A DNA stretch of 64,000 nucleotides from Ramazzottius varieornatus (lineage: Eukaryota; Animalia; Tardigrada), in the NCBI GenBank assembly GCA_001949185.1, contig BDGG01000007.1:507401-571400 (forward strand), in the 5' to 3' direction. Below the pieces are notes generated by a model, which saw nothing but the letters and a program-made list of their open reading frames with translations, did not search any database and was not told the DNA's origin. Below are positions 26,401 through 40,245 of the stretch, one piece after another. The translations under genes and the position numbers were made by a program. Positions within the stretch are counted from its first letter, which is position 1. Each line of letters starts with the position of its first letter.

Positions 26401-26581
26401 AAGCTTATTCGCTTCATGTAGACCTAGAACGCGGCTGTTCCATACGACGTTTTTACAGGTGGTGTGGAGAGTTTGGAGGCTCTCCTTTGACCGCGGCCAT
26501 CCGTCTACCAAAGAACCGTTACAGCTGGAATTATCAACCCGGCAAAGCTCGACGGCAGAATTGGTCGAGACCAATAAATGA
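20427..26581 (+). CDS. Organic anion transporting polypeptide (OATP/SLCO family), about 14 exons with a 2.7-kb intron
   Basis: TM1 FHNLNGFIVVFAGCLFFY|GMSVSYTNSMLVSIQRRFGFSTTQIGL, then GNRHRPLWI, LGLPYVD|DN and WISAWYIG. Kazal loop CACSEQQYGPVCAVETNTNYFSPCHAGC. Later GWLPGPIFMG and IVDSTCRLW...CGEHGACLLYD. The start Met is uncertain. Confidence 0.92.
20810..21051. repeat. Inverted-repeat element in the SLCO intron
   Basis: tgaggtagccggcatgga (20810-20827) and tccacgccggctacctca (21034-21051) are 17/18 complementary. Confidence 0.55.
21418..22001 (+). mobile_element. Non-autonomous pogo/Tigger-like DNA transposon derivative
   Basis: ~45-bp TIRs (gtacacgcggctggcctaattattggtctggacaaaa / ttttgtccaggccaataattaggccagccgcgtgtactg) with TA on both flanks. 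An internal remnant, RKYTEDSLKKAVRAVV, resembles the psq-type HTH of pogo transposases. Confidence 0.8.
22479..22504. repeat. (GCCAAC)n microsatellite
   Basis: gccaacgccaacgccaacgccaa. Confidence 0.8.
23530..23637. repeat. Small inverted-repeat element in an SLCO intron
   Basis: atttagagcgaaaatgactgtgaaaaat versus atttttcgcgattatttccgctctaaat. Confidence 0.6.
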
Positions 26582-27036
26582 TACGGTTTTTAAAAAAGTG
26601 AACGATTTCAGTCAAATATCGCTGCAGATGTTTTTCCCATCACATGTGACTTGCCTTGTCTGCGGGGCTTCTACCAGCGCAGGTGTGCGCACTACTCAAG
26701 CTCTGGTGCGGTATATTAGCACCATGATCTCGACACTCTCCCAGCCATATGTTTATTCGCCATTTCGAAAATCATGCATTCATCTTCACGGCGGCGATCG
26801 GTATCGCCCCACGTACAGAGCCGTGTTGTGTCAACCAGCGTATCCGAACAGTAGATAAATGAACAGTTTTGTCACCCACATCAAGTGGCGGTTTTTATAG
26901 CAGCGAGTTTGCGATTTCAGAAGGCTTCATCATTTGTGCTATCCATTGAATTCGTGACAGACTTCGCTTCGCTCAGCCTGAGGATCACTACCTGCGGTCA
27001 TTATACCTGGGAAACGAATGACAGGCTGAGATTCGT

Positions 27037-27097
27037 CAAAACGCAAAACGCAAAACGCAAAACGCAAAACGCAAAATGCAAAATGCAAAACGCAAAG
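27037..27097. repeat. (CAAAACG)n 7-bp tandem repeat
   Basis: About 8 units of caaaacg/caaaatg between the converging SLCO and PPP1R42 3' ends. Confidence 0.9.
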
Positions 27098-27146
27098 TTC
27101 CAGGGTCGGTACATTGCCAATAACTGCTGTCATCGACTCTCCGTTG

Positions 27147-30100
27147 TCAGCCAAAGCTCTTCTCGTTTAGGGGAGGGAAGTAGTTTCCTTCTAAGGAATG
27201 TTTATGCGCCAGCTCTTCGTTCAGTCGATCAGGTACAGACAAGTCATCCTTTGAACGCCTCCAGTCGTTCATTTCTCGATCCGCTGTGCTCGTTCCGTCA
27301 GCATCATCGTAAACCATCTCACGCTCGTATGGAGGAACAGTAGCGGCAGCCTGCGCCAGCGAAGTGACACGAGCTACCTGTTCGCGTTGCTTGCTGTCGC
27401 GGTGCACCACTTGACCCAACATGGCGCTGGGTATCGGTCTGACTGACGGAGGGAGGATGTGTTTTGGATGCCTTTGAGGAGGAAAGTCGGCTGTGGTCAC
27501 TGCGGTATGAGTCGATGTTGGCATGGTCTGATGAGACAACGCAGAGTTTTTGGACATCCGCTGCATCGAAGGCATGCTGGTTCGACTCCGCGAGTCCTTC
27601 ATTCGCAGCAGGAACTGTCGACTGGTCTCGGAGATTTCCTTGCCATCCAATACGCCTGTCAGGTCAGTAACACCATTTGGTATCTAAGAAAACAAGTACA
27701 TCGAATGGGCTACTGATAGACTTACGAAGGTTTTTGTTGGCCATTGTCACCATCTCTCGGTAACGCGTGGTTTTCGCAACTGGGTTCCCCGTAAGGTCAA
27801 GGTTTTCCAGGCTGTCCAGATTATTCAGCAGCGAAAGTAGCTGAGGCACGTCTTGAAGCTTGTTCTGCTTCGCGTACAGGGATCTCAGGTGTTTGAAGTC
27901 GTACAGGTCCGAGAGATCGGTCAGTCCATTACCCGATAGGTCCATCGTGACTGCTGAATTCTGTAAGAGGAGCCTGATGAAACTGATACCTACTCAAAAT
28001 ATCGACCATGCCGACCATGCATATCGCGTTGCCAAAACGTGAACAGACCGTCAACTTAACCAGGAAAATACTTAAATGGTGTAAATGTCAAATGGGTGTC
28101 TCCATATAAGAATGCGTCCAGACGGGCTTTGACCAAATTGTTCAAGAGAGCATTTTAAAATTTCTGGACCCCAAGGGCGAAGTAAAACGGGACTAAAACT
28201 CACGTCAAACAGACCCTGAGAAATCCGAATCCGAAGTCAAAATTAAGTTCTGACTACCGGTTTGGGAGTTAGAGGAGAGCATGGTGGAAGCCCGTGCATT
28301 GAGTAATCATCGTGTGGACTGATTGATGCTCTGTGCACAGTTATTTTAATAAAGTAATTAAATAACGATAGTGCAGACGAATTGCACCGGAAGTGCGCGT
28401 CTGTAATCAGAGCGCGTTGCTCCTGTTAGCACTGGCTCTTAACACCCCTGTGTTTTTTTGTGGTATACTCAAATCTTTCAGCCACTGGTTCTGCTTTCAT
28501 TACCGCGGCAAAATGAACCGATGGTGCAGTTCAATATTCCGAACAACTTGATGTCATAAACGGCCAGTTCCGAGAGAAAGTACTTTGGACGCATTCTCAT
28601 ATGGAGATACTTAAATGCCCATATCCTCGATGGGTGCAGAACACCGAGGTATTGTTGCGGCCTGCCGATAAATTTTGAAACATAACCGACGGTGTGAAGT
28701 TTTCAAACACAGTCTTACAGTCCATTCGCTCGAAATGTCTACAAAAGTTTTCCATTTCAGTTTGAGGCCTGCTAAACGTTCACCACACAGCATGCCAAGC
28801 CACAGGCCAAAACTACATAAAACATACATTACACAATGCTTTAACTGATGTAATCAAGTAATCAAATCGCAGGTATTCGGCTGCACAGTCCACTCGTCTG
28901 GGATCTTTTACCTAGTTATTGGAATTTGAAACTGCAAAATTCGTGGAAACATAAAAGGGTCTGCCACGGGGAGTTGATTGCTTGTTCACTGATGCACAGA
29001 AGCAGTGGAACAGAAGCAACATGTTACGTATACTTTGTGTTTGTTTGTTCAAAGTCGGGACATTTATTGTTCTCGTCTTATCTTACAGTCAACTAACGGA
29101 GAGCTAGGGAAGAATTGTCAGGACGGACTGAGACTTCGTTTTACACACGAGATTCAATGGAGCACATCTTACCGATAAGAGCTATACAACGACACCCGCT
29201 TCCGGTGAAGCTCTGCAGCCGACATATAAAACAGTTATAACTTTGACATCTTTTTGAGTATAAAAAGCCTCTCAAGGTTTTGCATTCTGTCAAATTGAGC
29301 ATGAGAGGATGGTCAGAAGTTGACAAGTCGACTGTTCGAAACTGCTTTCGTAAATCTGGCGCGTTTCACATGGTAGAAAATAAGTAGTTGATTTTCCTCG
29401 ATTCGGTTGACGGTTTAGTGTTAACCTCATTTTCTTTTGCTTTTGGTAAGCTGTACAGTTAAAGTTTGGATGGTGTTAATCAGAAATCGGAAAATGGGAT
29501 AAGGTCTTAAGCTAGCGGACTGCAGTGGGCTTGGCGAGCAGTGTCTTATAACTTCGACTGATTCTCGTGTTTAGAAATTGGTCAATTTTGTACACATTTT
29601 GAGCGAGAGGAATGTATTGTAAATTCTTATTTACTTCAGGCAGTGTTCGGACCGGGCGGATGCTCTAGCGAGCTCGATGGAACGATGTGTTGGTCAGTGG
29701 ACATTATGGCTGCTCATTTTACGTGCAGCTGGTCCAGCTTTCGGCCAAACGAAAACGGCATACGTAGTATCGATCACATTGGTCCGCTCATAGTTGTAGA
29801 TTTCTGGCCCATCAAGGAAACTATAGTTTCGTACGTCTGACCGGATGTCGGTAGTCAGTTATGGACGTACCGAGAGAGCAGCCATACTAGAAGGTGACAT
29901 CAGAAAGTGTTCGCCTTCTGGAAACTTTTGATGATCGATGTGAAGCTCCTCTAAAACCGCGTTGCACTCCAACCCTTCCAGTACGGATATTTCGTTGTTG
30001 CTCAAAAACCTAAGAATCGCCGACCACTTTTCCAGTTAGCGCTGACGACTTTGAAAAGAATATTCACACTATCACAAAAGTAACTGCTTACAGCTTTTGT

Positions 30101-30496
30101 AGACGGGGAAGAAGTTCTAAACCTTCAATTTGTTTCAGTCGATTGTTCTGGAGGTACAGGTGAGTGAGGTTCGAGCAGAAGTCCAAGGTGCCCATGCGTT
30201 CCAGTTTGTTGTCATAAAGGTATAACACATTCAGCTGCGGACAGCCGCACATATCCCCCTGCATGAAAAAGGATCTATACCGTTCACTCTTCGCACATTC
30301 GATGCTCCGGGTAGTTCTAATCAGATAGAGAACTTTGCATTACAATCTGGTCAATACCGCGTCGTTCGAGATGCAGATGAGTACTTTTGGACAGCTTGGC
30401 CGCATGATCATCGTCAAAGTCGGCTGAGGAAGACCTAGTTGCACTTGTCGCTGATGTCATCGACGACAATGCCGTTACGCTTGTAAGAATAACCAT
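27147..30496 (-). CDS. PPP1R42: Protein phosphatase 1 regulatory subunit 42-like (TLRR/LRRC67) LRR protein
   Basis: MVILT...STHLHLERRGIDQI| ... LNVLYLYDNKL...LTHLYLQNNRLKQIEGL; FLSNNEISVLEGLE...LEELHIDHQKFPEGE; LDLTGNPVAKTTRYREMV; LDGKEISETSRQFL. Followed by a low-complexity C-terminal extension. Confidence 0.82.
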
Positions 30497-31673
30497 CGTA
30501 AAATGAGCGCAGTCGGCGAGAATGGCTGAAAACTTCCAGGCACCAAAATGAATAATAACTTCGAAAGATTACCGGCATAAGTAATTACACAAGCAGCACA
30601 GTCTGAAGCAGAAAAAACCCGGCAAGCGTTGCTAAGCCCGCCGAAATGAACGGAAGATGGCATGCTGGAAAGATACGTTTGCCAGAAAAAAAACGAAACA
30701 TTGCCCCCCCCATCTGTGGAATTCAGTTCCAGTGTTTGCAAGATGAGCTCCGTTGAGGTTTTTGGCCTCCTAAAGGAGATTCCTATGCGTCCTCATAGAA
30801 TTACGTAGCCATCACGGTAATGAGCTCTGATATACAATTGCAATGTCGAAATGCTTGACCAATTTCATATCTTTGTTGCGCATGCCGCGCTAACGTTGTG
30901 GAAGAAGTAGTGCGGCCACACGTATAAAACAAATTTGACACCGGGTGGGCAAGCATTTTCGACATTGTAGTACAGTGTACTGCTGTAGATCATTCAAGGA
31001 TGACGTAGGCTTGGACCAGCTCGAACATCACCGCATGAATTAGTGATGTGGCCATTTTGTTGTTCACTCGACAGGCTTGAAAAGTTTTGATGTTAGAAAT
31101 GGGCGGATTGCACTAAGCTTCGCTTGTGAGTTTCAAACTAACCAAGCGTATCCGCGTCAAGGCATACTGCAAGTACAATCACTCTCAGTGCATACGTTCG
31201 TTTGAAGCAACTGGCCAAAAAACACGCGCGGTTACCTGTAGGTATTTACTGAAGAGCTGTCTCACTTCTTCGTTTTCTACCTTCGAACACTCACCATTGA
31301 ATCTTGAATTTTTGTTCGTGGTTGTCTACAGTTTTCCTCATTCTCTCCCTGATCGACGCGTTGCAGCGGGACCCACTCTGCATGTTCGCGATCAACATCA
31401 CTGCCTGATGAAATTTTGTTAGAATTAGCAAACCCTGAGCATCGCGAAAATTTCCTGTTATTGATTACAACCCGTGAACATTTGATTTTTTTGCCAACTT
31501 GACATTTGTTCGTGCACTGGAATATCTGATATACGACGAGCTGTTATCCGTTGGGTGACAGCATGCTTGGTTCGTGATTCGCCTGTATCGTGCCAGTTTC
31601 GTGTAGAATGGTTAGGTCCGTTGTGCCGAATTATAAATAAAGCCTGCTGACTTTCACTGCCTGCTGAGTGAAG

Positions 31674-34299
31674 ATGGGTCGACTAGTCGGACTATATTCT
31701 GTGATTGCCATATTGTCCAACGTCCGACAGGTAAACCCTCGCTAGCTTGTGTTGAGAGTGTCTTCGATGAGCGTTATGCAGGAAACTCGGTACAGTCATT
31801 TCCGCCTGGGGCTATTAGCTATATTTGGTAGCCTCGGTAGTCGCTAACTTCCGACACTGTTACTTCACAACTTGTCTGAAAGATGTAACATCATTAATAT
31901 TCATCGTGCCATATGTAACTGTTCTGGAACTTTATGTATTTCATAAAGACATCATCAGTAAAGTAATCAATAAAAATAACTTTCATGAGTTGCCATCTAC
32001 AAATAAGTAAGTGTCGATATAAAGAAAGATCGTCTACGCGATGAAAATTAAAACTGCGTAGTTGGCGTCTGTTGCTTGAATTTCTTACTCTGTACATGTC
32101 ATATTTTTCAGATACCATGTCAAAGCAATACCCAGCTTGGTTTCCGAGCGCCCCCTACAAGTAAGTCCAGCTACTACTGTAAAGCTTCTTGAACTTCGCG
32201 AACTATACGCGCGGACTTTACGGGTATGATGACGCATACAGCACAGGCTTACCATGACGTAATTCGCGAAGTTCGAGAAGCACTACAATATATACCAGGT
32301 AGGGATGTACCATTTGAAACTAGAGTAAAGTTTGTTTTTGTGTTCTGCTTCAGTCAGCGCAGAATGCTCAACGACGAATATGTTCATCTATGTGGACACA
32401 TCGGAGCCGTTCCGAGGCATAGTTAATGCTCGGGGCCACCGAGACGCCTGCTTTTCAATCGGTGATGGAAGCCGACGCACAATCCTCATCATTCCTCTAC
32501 TAGCCACACCCTCCGACGCATTCTACTGTGGACAGCAACTCGACGTGGTACGAACAGTCCCAGCTGGTTCATATCAGCCTCAACCAACCAGTATTGTGCT
32601 CTATCCCTAATTAGGCAACCGGAGAGTATAAAATCTACGTGGATGTGCACGCGCACAGAGTCCTCGAGGTCGAGAATGACAAAACGTTTTTGATCAGCTG
32701 CAACCAGAACGGAGTGCTTGGACAGTGAGTGGCATCAGCGTTGCGAGGGCAAAACACTGTCATTTTTATAATCGGAATTCTGATTGGCAGAGGTGAAGTC
32801 CGTCTGTCGCTATTGCAGAAAGGACAAGAACTTAGCCGTGTTGTGCAAGGCGAAGAATATACGGTGCAGATTGCCTACACTAATGCGACCTTGGCCAACA
32901 ATCAGCAGCTCAGCGTGCGGAACTGCATTGCCTTCGGACGAGGGAACAGCACGCAGGCTCTTAGCGATAGCCGAGGGTACACTTTCTTTCTCCCCCATTA
33001 AGGCTTATAGCTTTCAGGAAAAAACCATAAAATGTTTCTACCTGACGGCATGTGCCGATATGTTACAGGTGTCCGATTGAAGGAAGCGGATTGTCCAAGT
33101 TCGAACCCAGCAACAGCCCAGCTACCGTTCAGGCTACATTAAAGTCCATGTTAAGATTCCAAGACTCCTCCCAGGTCCACATCCAATGTGATGTGCTTCT
33201 GTGTCGCGCACCCTGTCCACCCGTAAGTTTCGTTTCACTGAACTCTGCGTTCTGTCTCGACAATTCATGACACTTTTGATGCGACATGACCTACTCCGGG
33301 TGTCATAGTGTAAACAGTACTAATTTCTGCATCACTGCTGTCCACGGTACAGCTGAACGAAAGTGTGGCATTGCACCTGAATATACGACGAATTTAAGGG
33401 GCTTAACGGATTTATTGCCTTTTCCGCTCATTGATAGCCACGTAGCATGTGCATTTTGTCATCGTGTGCGAGATTAGTTTGATTCGGGGTATCGTAGGTG
33501 CTCTGCGTTGGTGATGTGGGCTACAATCCGAACAACGCGGCCGTTGCTCAAATACAACCTCGACAAAGCGGCAGTCAGCAGGGCCTAGCTGGTTCCACCT
33601 TTACTGTCCTCGAGCCCGGAATGCCTAACGGAGCAGTAGCCGTCCGTAAGTCCCTCACTATCGATGAATCAGTTTACCGACTATTCTATCTGGACTTGTG
33701 ACTCCGAATGAAATTTACGTATATCAACCTCGTTTACCTGTTCACGTTTCAGCTGTCAACTCTGCCCAGTGTGGGTATGGCGAATGGGTGCTTGCGCTCT
33801 GCATCACTTTTGGCATACTCTTTTTGATCATGCTGATCGTCAACATCGTTCTTTGTTCAGGTGAGTGTGAACGTGAGAATATCTGCAAAAAGTGGTGAAG
33901 AGGCACTGTTTGTTTTCTGCAGCCGTTAGTTTGAACCTGACGAAGAAGGAAGAAAAGAGCATGGATCTTGATCCAAGCGGCAATGTCTGGGGCGAGTACG
34001 CAACGGTCAAGAACGGAGCATGGTCGACCTCATCGGCGGCCAGTTCGGTAGCAGGACAAGGCGGACTGCCCAACGGGGCGTATTCACATTACGCCGAGCG
34101 CCCTCTACCGCCGTACCAGACCACGTCTCTAGCGCCCAACGGCGGCGCCGCAGTCTTGTATGACGACGCCGTGGACATACATGATGCCCGTTCCTACGCG
34201 GAAACCACTGGGCGACTCCATCGCAACGATGTATATGATCAAACGCGAGACAGATTTGCCGGATCGAACAGCCAGGCACATCGCAACGGCGCCTATTGA
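31674..34299 (+). CDS. ZP-domain (cuticlin/dusky/papillote-like) type I membrane protein
   Basis: Signal peptide MGRLVGLYSVIAILS. ZP-N AECSTTNMFIYVDTSEPFRGIVNARGHRDAC. ZP-C VRNCIAF...DSRG|CP...MLRFQDSSQVHIQCDVLLC. TM EWVLALCITFGILFLIMLIVNIVLCS, followed by a cytoplasmic tail. Confidence 0.88.
32175..32290. mobile_element. MITE (same family as 57079-57222) in a ZP gene intron
   Basis: ta-ctgtaaagcttcttgaacttcgcgaa ... ttcgcgaagttcgagaagcactacaa-ta. Confidence 0.7.
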
Positions 34300-34789
34300 A
34301 AAATTTTCACCAATAATGTTCCCTAACAGAGCTCGGAGCAGCATTGGTATGCCGAAATAACAACATGGTATGATTGTCTCATGTGCAATGTTTCCGTTCA
34401 TGGAATTTCCTTTTGCGTGATTTTGCCGGTACGCATCGTTATGCAACACCAATTTCTTGCAACCAAGAAAGTGTATTTTACGACAATAGACTGGATCAAA
34501 AAAACTAATGACAACCCGATCAGTGTAGACTAGCTATTCTGCAGAGCGGGCTATAAGAGCTGTGAGCAACATTCGAAGTGTCTTCCGTGTTGTCGCCCAT
34601 TCAAGACACTGAAGACAGGCAACGCTGCGGACGCCGACTGGCAAATTTCCCAATATTTGATCATCAACATTCAAAAATACGTCCAACGAATCTAGCCATC
34701 AGAAGTCGAATGATGGAGGCGGTGTGCGTCATGAGTTCTCTTTTGACATACCGCCTCGCTGCCAGCTGCGAGACACGATGCTCACTGCC

Positions 34790-35500
34790 AGATAGCACGC
34801 ACTTTACCGTCTCCGAAGTACGGTACAAGTACAACCAAACTGGTACTTGGGATGAAGGGGTTCTGCATTCTTTAATTACCTCGGTTATACCTACCTGAAC
34901 CTCATTATCATGGCGCACTTCCTAGTCACGCTGAGCCGCGTGTGGGGCCGTCGTGTTCCCGCCCTTCTACAGCATTCATCATGCTTCGAAGTCGCTACCC
35001 TGCGTATTACTTATTTCACCGGGAATCTTCTTGAACGTCGTGAATAAATCGTGCTGACGACCATGGTTCAGATACCGAGTGTCACCAATAGTACCTTGAA
35101 GTGCAATCTTGACACTGACACCCTGAGTTTCTGGGGAACGGAAATGCTCTCCTTCGATCCGCCCGTGTTGGTAGTAGTACTCATCTACCCTATCGTCTTT
35201 TGTCACTTCTTCTTCAGCAATCATAAGCAGAAAAAATCTGGGCTTTATGCTACAAAAACTACGGCCCCAGAGTTCGAAAGGTGTAGTTTCGGAATCTGTG
35301 AACCATGCACAGGTGACAGTCTGAGCATCGGTTGGGGAAGCCAAGAAGGAGAAAGATCATCGATATCGGATTCGGGTTTGTGAAAGAACGCTGAAGGGAA
35401 GTCGAACTGGCTTCGTGACTCTGATGCTAATGACCCCGAGCATCATCATCCGTTTGATGCCGAAAGAAGCCTTATACAGGGCGCTCGCACGAACTTGCTA
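34790..35500 (+). pseudogene. Rhodopsin-like orphan GPCR pseudogene, paralogue of 14136-14565
   Basis: NWYLG*RGSAFFNYLGYTYLNLIIMAHFLVTLSRVW/AVVFP (ECL1-TM3), FDPPVLVVVLIYPIVFCHFFF (TM5) and SRTGFVTLMLMTPSIIIRLMPKEA (TM6). Contains stops and frameshifts. Confidence 0.72.
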
Positions 35501-36430
35501 CCACCTGTTACTTCCATGAGAAAAAATCAGATTGCTTTTTTCCCGCCTGTTCTTCCACCCTATCTATACAACTTTTCAAAATGTTTCGGTTGAGCTATGA
35601 GTCGTTTCATGATGATGAACAGCGGCTTGAAGAATTTGACTAGTGTGACTTCCGGTGGGGAAGACCTATCGTAACGACCAAAACTGTTGTCCACAGAACC
35701 CCATGTTAGAGTTTCGATCCGATATCTGCTATCAGCAGGCCAGCAACTGTCTTGGTTGTACGTGAAAACTAATAAGATCCAAGGAAACATCAGGATAACT
35801 CAGCAAATGAATTTAAACAGCAAATTCGGCCATTTTGTCGGCAAATCTTGCTCTATGAAAAAAATTCCCGCTTTTGACCTGGTCGGCAGACATGGTTTGG
35901 GCCCCTTTTCGAGTAACCCAGCTCCTTGTCTTGAATCGCAGTGCCGCATGACTTGAACGGAAACCTGAAAAACCAATTGTTGGAAACGACCCCAAAAACT
36001 GCGAAAGCTGATAGAATTTCTTTTTCTCTTCTCCTCCAGCATAATGTCGGTTACGACTCCTCCTGAAAAGAGTTCTGGTCGGTAATTTTTTACAAGGCTG
36101 CAAACAGGGTGTCAAGCCAAGAAAAACTAGTTTGGAAGATGAGTGATGGTCCAGTCGAAAAAGCCATGCTTTCATGGGTGGTAGCAAGTTGGTGCGAGCG
36201 CCCTACACATAGATCATGTTTTGCAGCTGCGACGCTCCAGGTTGGGATGCAGTGCTGATGTTCTTTAACGGCCGGCGACTGTGTCCAGTCCGATGTTGGT
36301 AGTATGGGGAAACACTGAATCACACAAGCTAATTCTAGCTCTGTCGTTGCTACAATCAGGATTTATTCAGAGGTTTACTGTTGTTCTCGCAAAGGAATCG
36401 TCGGCGTTGATTAATTGCAAGCCTCAAGCG

Positions 36431-36554
36431 TACTGTATTACCTCGAAAGTATCGCGCAGTTACGTATCAGGCCCATAAGTTATAGCAATAGACAACGGGG
36501 ACAGTTTTATGGGCCTGTCACATGACTGCGCAAAACTTTCGAGGGAATACAATG
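36431..36554. mobile_element. MITE with CTGTA-type termini
   Basis: ctgtattacctcgaaagtatcgcgcagttacgtatcaggcccataa versus ttatgggcctgtcacatgactgcgcaaaactttcgagggaatacaa (~46-bp arms). Confidence 0.7.
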
Positions 36555-37463
36555 GTCTAAACCCCAGCAGTGATCGTTAGTGGTCAATGGTTGTGTTGAA
36601 AAGTAAAGCTGGGTGGGGTTATCGAGGCAGATGTAGAGTAGTGGATGCTGACAAAAGAGAACATGTCGGTTTTCTGATCGTAATGTGTACTTGCTACTCA
36701 CTGTCGTACTCACCGTGTAGGGTGGCATCTCCATAATTGGTAATTGAACAACACAATATGGTGTCCGGAGGAAGGTGCCACCAGGGTGCACTTTGAAGTT
36801 TGGAGATCTCCAGATTGAGCCGGCTGAATATTACCGATATACCGTAGTGCTCAACTGGAAATGCATCAAGTAGCGCAAAACTAACTTACCGTCGAACTGC
36901 AAACACTATGCCGAACAACAGGAACAAGACCAGACAGCCTGGAACCCACTGAGCCACATGGATGTTGGTACCTCCATAAAGAACGTCACTTCGATTATCA
37001 AGTTTCGTCTAATCGGGTTGTGTGTGTTGTCTGGTCATTAGTCTTGACCGGTAGTGCGACACGATGATCCGTTGAACCCACAAGCGGGTCGGTCAGCCAC
37101 GGGCCAAACTCCTGAAGGTCAGGATATACTGCTGAGCTGGGACAGCTCGAAGGTCATCGCATCTTGCGAAATCACGTCCTGCAATTGATAAGTTTTATGA
37201 GCATAACAATTTCGTTCAACTTTGTCGGATATTGTATCACCTGGTACATCGAAGTTGAATGATCCATCTGTCGTAGAGCTACTGCGGGGATTCGATCCCC
37301 GTGCTCGTCTATCCGAATGTCCCCTGTGTTCAAGTGGAAGGTCTTGTTCAGGAAACTCCTGGCTAAATATTTCCCGCTCGTATCTTGCAAATAACTCTCG
37401 TTGACGATCTAGTGTGAAATAAAAGTTTACTGTTATGCTTAAGGAAGCTCAGGTTGTAAGTTT

Positions 37464-37616
37464 CTATACAGCAGTGTTGTTTCAGTACTATAGTGGAACT
37501 ACTGTAATCAGGATCCGGTCGCCCATGTTAAGCCTATGGCTGCAGCGGGCCATATTGAAATTCAATTCTGCAATATCAACTAGAATACATGTATTAGAAG
37601 CAGCACTGCTATACAG
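37464..37616. repeat. Inverted-repeat/MITE in a receptor pseudogene intron
   Basis: ctatacagcagtgttgtttcagtac versus gtattagaagcagcactgctatacag. Confidence 0.55.
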
Positions 37617-40245
37617 TGAGATATTTTAGGTGTAGTTCATAAGTGACAGTATAGATGTACCTGCGCGAACATCATCAGTGCGGCGTACGAACTGGCGGGG
37701 TGCGGCGAAATCTGTTTGACGATGCGCATGGTTCAGTAATTTGAATAACAGGGTTTACGGGTCGATACCGTACCATCTCGGTCGCCTTATACGAGTACCC
37801 GTAAACAGTTGCTGACTGGTTGCGCCAGACGTCCTTGAGAGCGGTTAGATACTGATTGCTTGTCTCGCCATTATTTGTTTCCAACAGAAACATGGACTGA
37901 AAGGCTTTCCGTGCCACCTGAAAAACTTGCGTTGAGGATAATACTATGATGGAAAGTAAATCGAGTAGTTCACCTTATCGGAGGAGTCTTCATACTTCCA
38001 GCTAAAGTTTCCCTGGGACACATGCCGGAAGGGTGTAATGGCGATGTAAAGCTGCGGAGCGTTTTGTGATACAATCGTACGAGATGTCTCCGTACATTAC
38101 GGCTTTTGACGCGATATCATCACCAAATAGGTATCGGCAGCCCATAATTGGGGATAACCTTCTCAGCTCCGAACCACCCTTTTTCATTGTAGGCAACATC
38201 AAGGGGCATCGAGTGCTAGCTTTACCAAGCTTCGCCACAGATGACAGTTTCACAAAACTGTTCGTTCTTCTCAGAAGATTTTCCGAAAATTTCAGGGGTG
38301 ATTACCAGCTCCAATGAACCCCCTGTGGAGGTGTGTCAAAAACAGATGTGTCAAAAACATTTTCAGACTGTATCACCTTATCACCGCCCGAGTGTGCCAA
38401 CTTGCTACCACCTTTCATACAGGGGTGGGCTTGACTTGGCCTGGGAATTTAATTCTGTAATTTCGAAATCTATTAATTATTTGAATTATTTTTGCGAATC
38501 AGACTTTTCAAATTACCGTATACGAGAATTACATTTAAGTACCGAGAATTACATTTCAGTTGTCTTGCCTTGGAAGATGTGCGGTATTTCCGGTGGTAGG
38601 TTGACTGTTTCATGATGAACAATACACGCACGATGGTTAATTAGGTGACAGTAAAAATTCTGGGACAGGCCTTTTCGCTAGGGTGGTACGGAAGCACGTA
38701 AGTACAGGACCGACTCATACTACTGTACTTTTCAACACTTTTCTACGGTTGAAGTTTCATTTTACCGTTTTTTCCGCCCGATTCATAACTTTACTGTCCT
38801 CTAATTACCCATCGTGCGTGTACAGAACATTGAAAGTATTAGAGGAAGCGTATAAACGTATACACAACCTGAAGTGGAAAGCGTTGTGAGAGCGTGGTAA
38901 CTGACGTGAAGTATTTGCGGAAAAAACTGAGCCGTGGTATCTGTAATGTCGTACGGAAGTTCAAGCACGCTCAGACCGTGTAGTTGGAATCAACAATCAA
39001 GGTAGACGTACGCCATTATAGACGGAAGTAGCAGAGTACCACGCGACCGAACATAAATCAATACGAAAACGGAAAGATGCTAGTCACGCAGAAAATGCTA
39101 CCGCTGCACCAGAAAGACATTCTCGAGACCTAGAAGTCGGTGGATCGACCCAGGTTCCGCCTTATATTTTTATTTCTGTTACTAGTGTTGATTGTATTAT
39201 AATTCCCACCCCAATTAGCGTTCTCGGTCTTCCCAGGCAGACGTTCCCGGTCCTCATGTTTAGGCGAGATTTCCCGATACTGTAATTTTGGACTCGTTTG
39301 AGTGGGAATATTCCCCGGCATTCCCGGCCTCAGTCCAGATGTGCTTTCATATCAAGTTTTTCACGACGCGATTGTTGCTCGGCTGGCAAACAGGATGTTG
39401 AATCAGGGAACAGTTTTTCTCGACTCAACATCCAGTTTGCTACCTCCCCAAAAACTACAGGTCAAAATCTGTTTACAAAAAGTCGGAATCAAAATTATAC
39501 CAGGGGAGGCCCGAAGTGAAAATCACAACAAACTTAGCAAAATTTTGGGCTGTTTTTGGAAATTACTTATTCAGTTCTCTGCTGTCGTCCCACGGTTCTG
39601 TTGGAAGAAATAACTAGAAATGAAACTGACGTACAGGAAAGTGGGTGGCGAACACGAATCTGAAGTTTTTCTCGAAAAGATCTAGAAAAGTTTCCACCAG
39701 AGGTAGTTTCCCGGCAAAATGTGAAGCTTTGGCGGTTTTAATTCTGTTGTCGGGTTAGTTCGGAACTTTCCTGCTCTTTCTTGATTTCTTCTGACCGCCA
39801 ACGTGGGTGTGAGTTTGTTTACGTCAGTTTGAGGACGGAAACGCCAACCTGGAATTTTGCTGCATTTGACTTGCTGCGGTATGTCTTCCACACCGGACGT
39901 TATATTAGTCGACTTTTTCAAGCTTTTTCTCAGTACAACAAAACGCATCATACCTGTGTTGGAGCACCTTAGAAAGTTGTACGGGAAGTGTGAAGGCGCG
40001 AATGGCAAGCTAGTAGTCTGAATTTTTCCTCGCCGAAATGCTAGGTGGCAGCAAGTTAGCGGACTCAAGGTGTATGACGTCGAATCCGTTTCACTTTGAA
40101 ACTCAAACCCCCGGAGTCCTTCCCTTGAGGTTGCCAACTGACTGCTGGTCGAACATCTGAACGGGTAACATCACCGTGTTCTCGATCAACTGTCACTACC
40201 GGTGATCTTCCAACTTTTTTCGGAACCTCTCTTATCGACTGCGAG

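Noticed and set aside
40100-40245. HDV-like ribozyme at the LINE 5' end
   Set aside because: A GAG-TCCTTCC-CTT P3/L3-like motif is present, but I could not build P1, P1.1 and P2.
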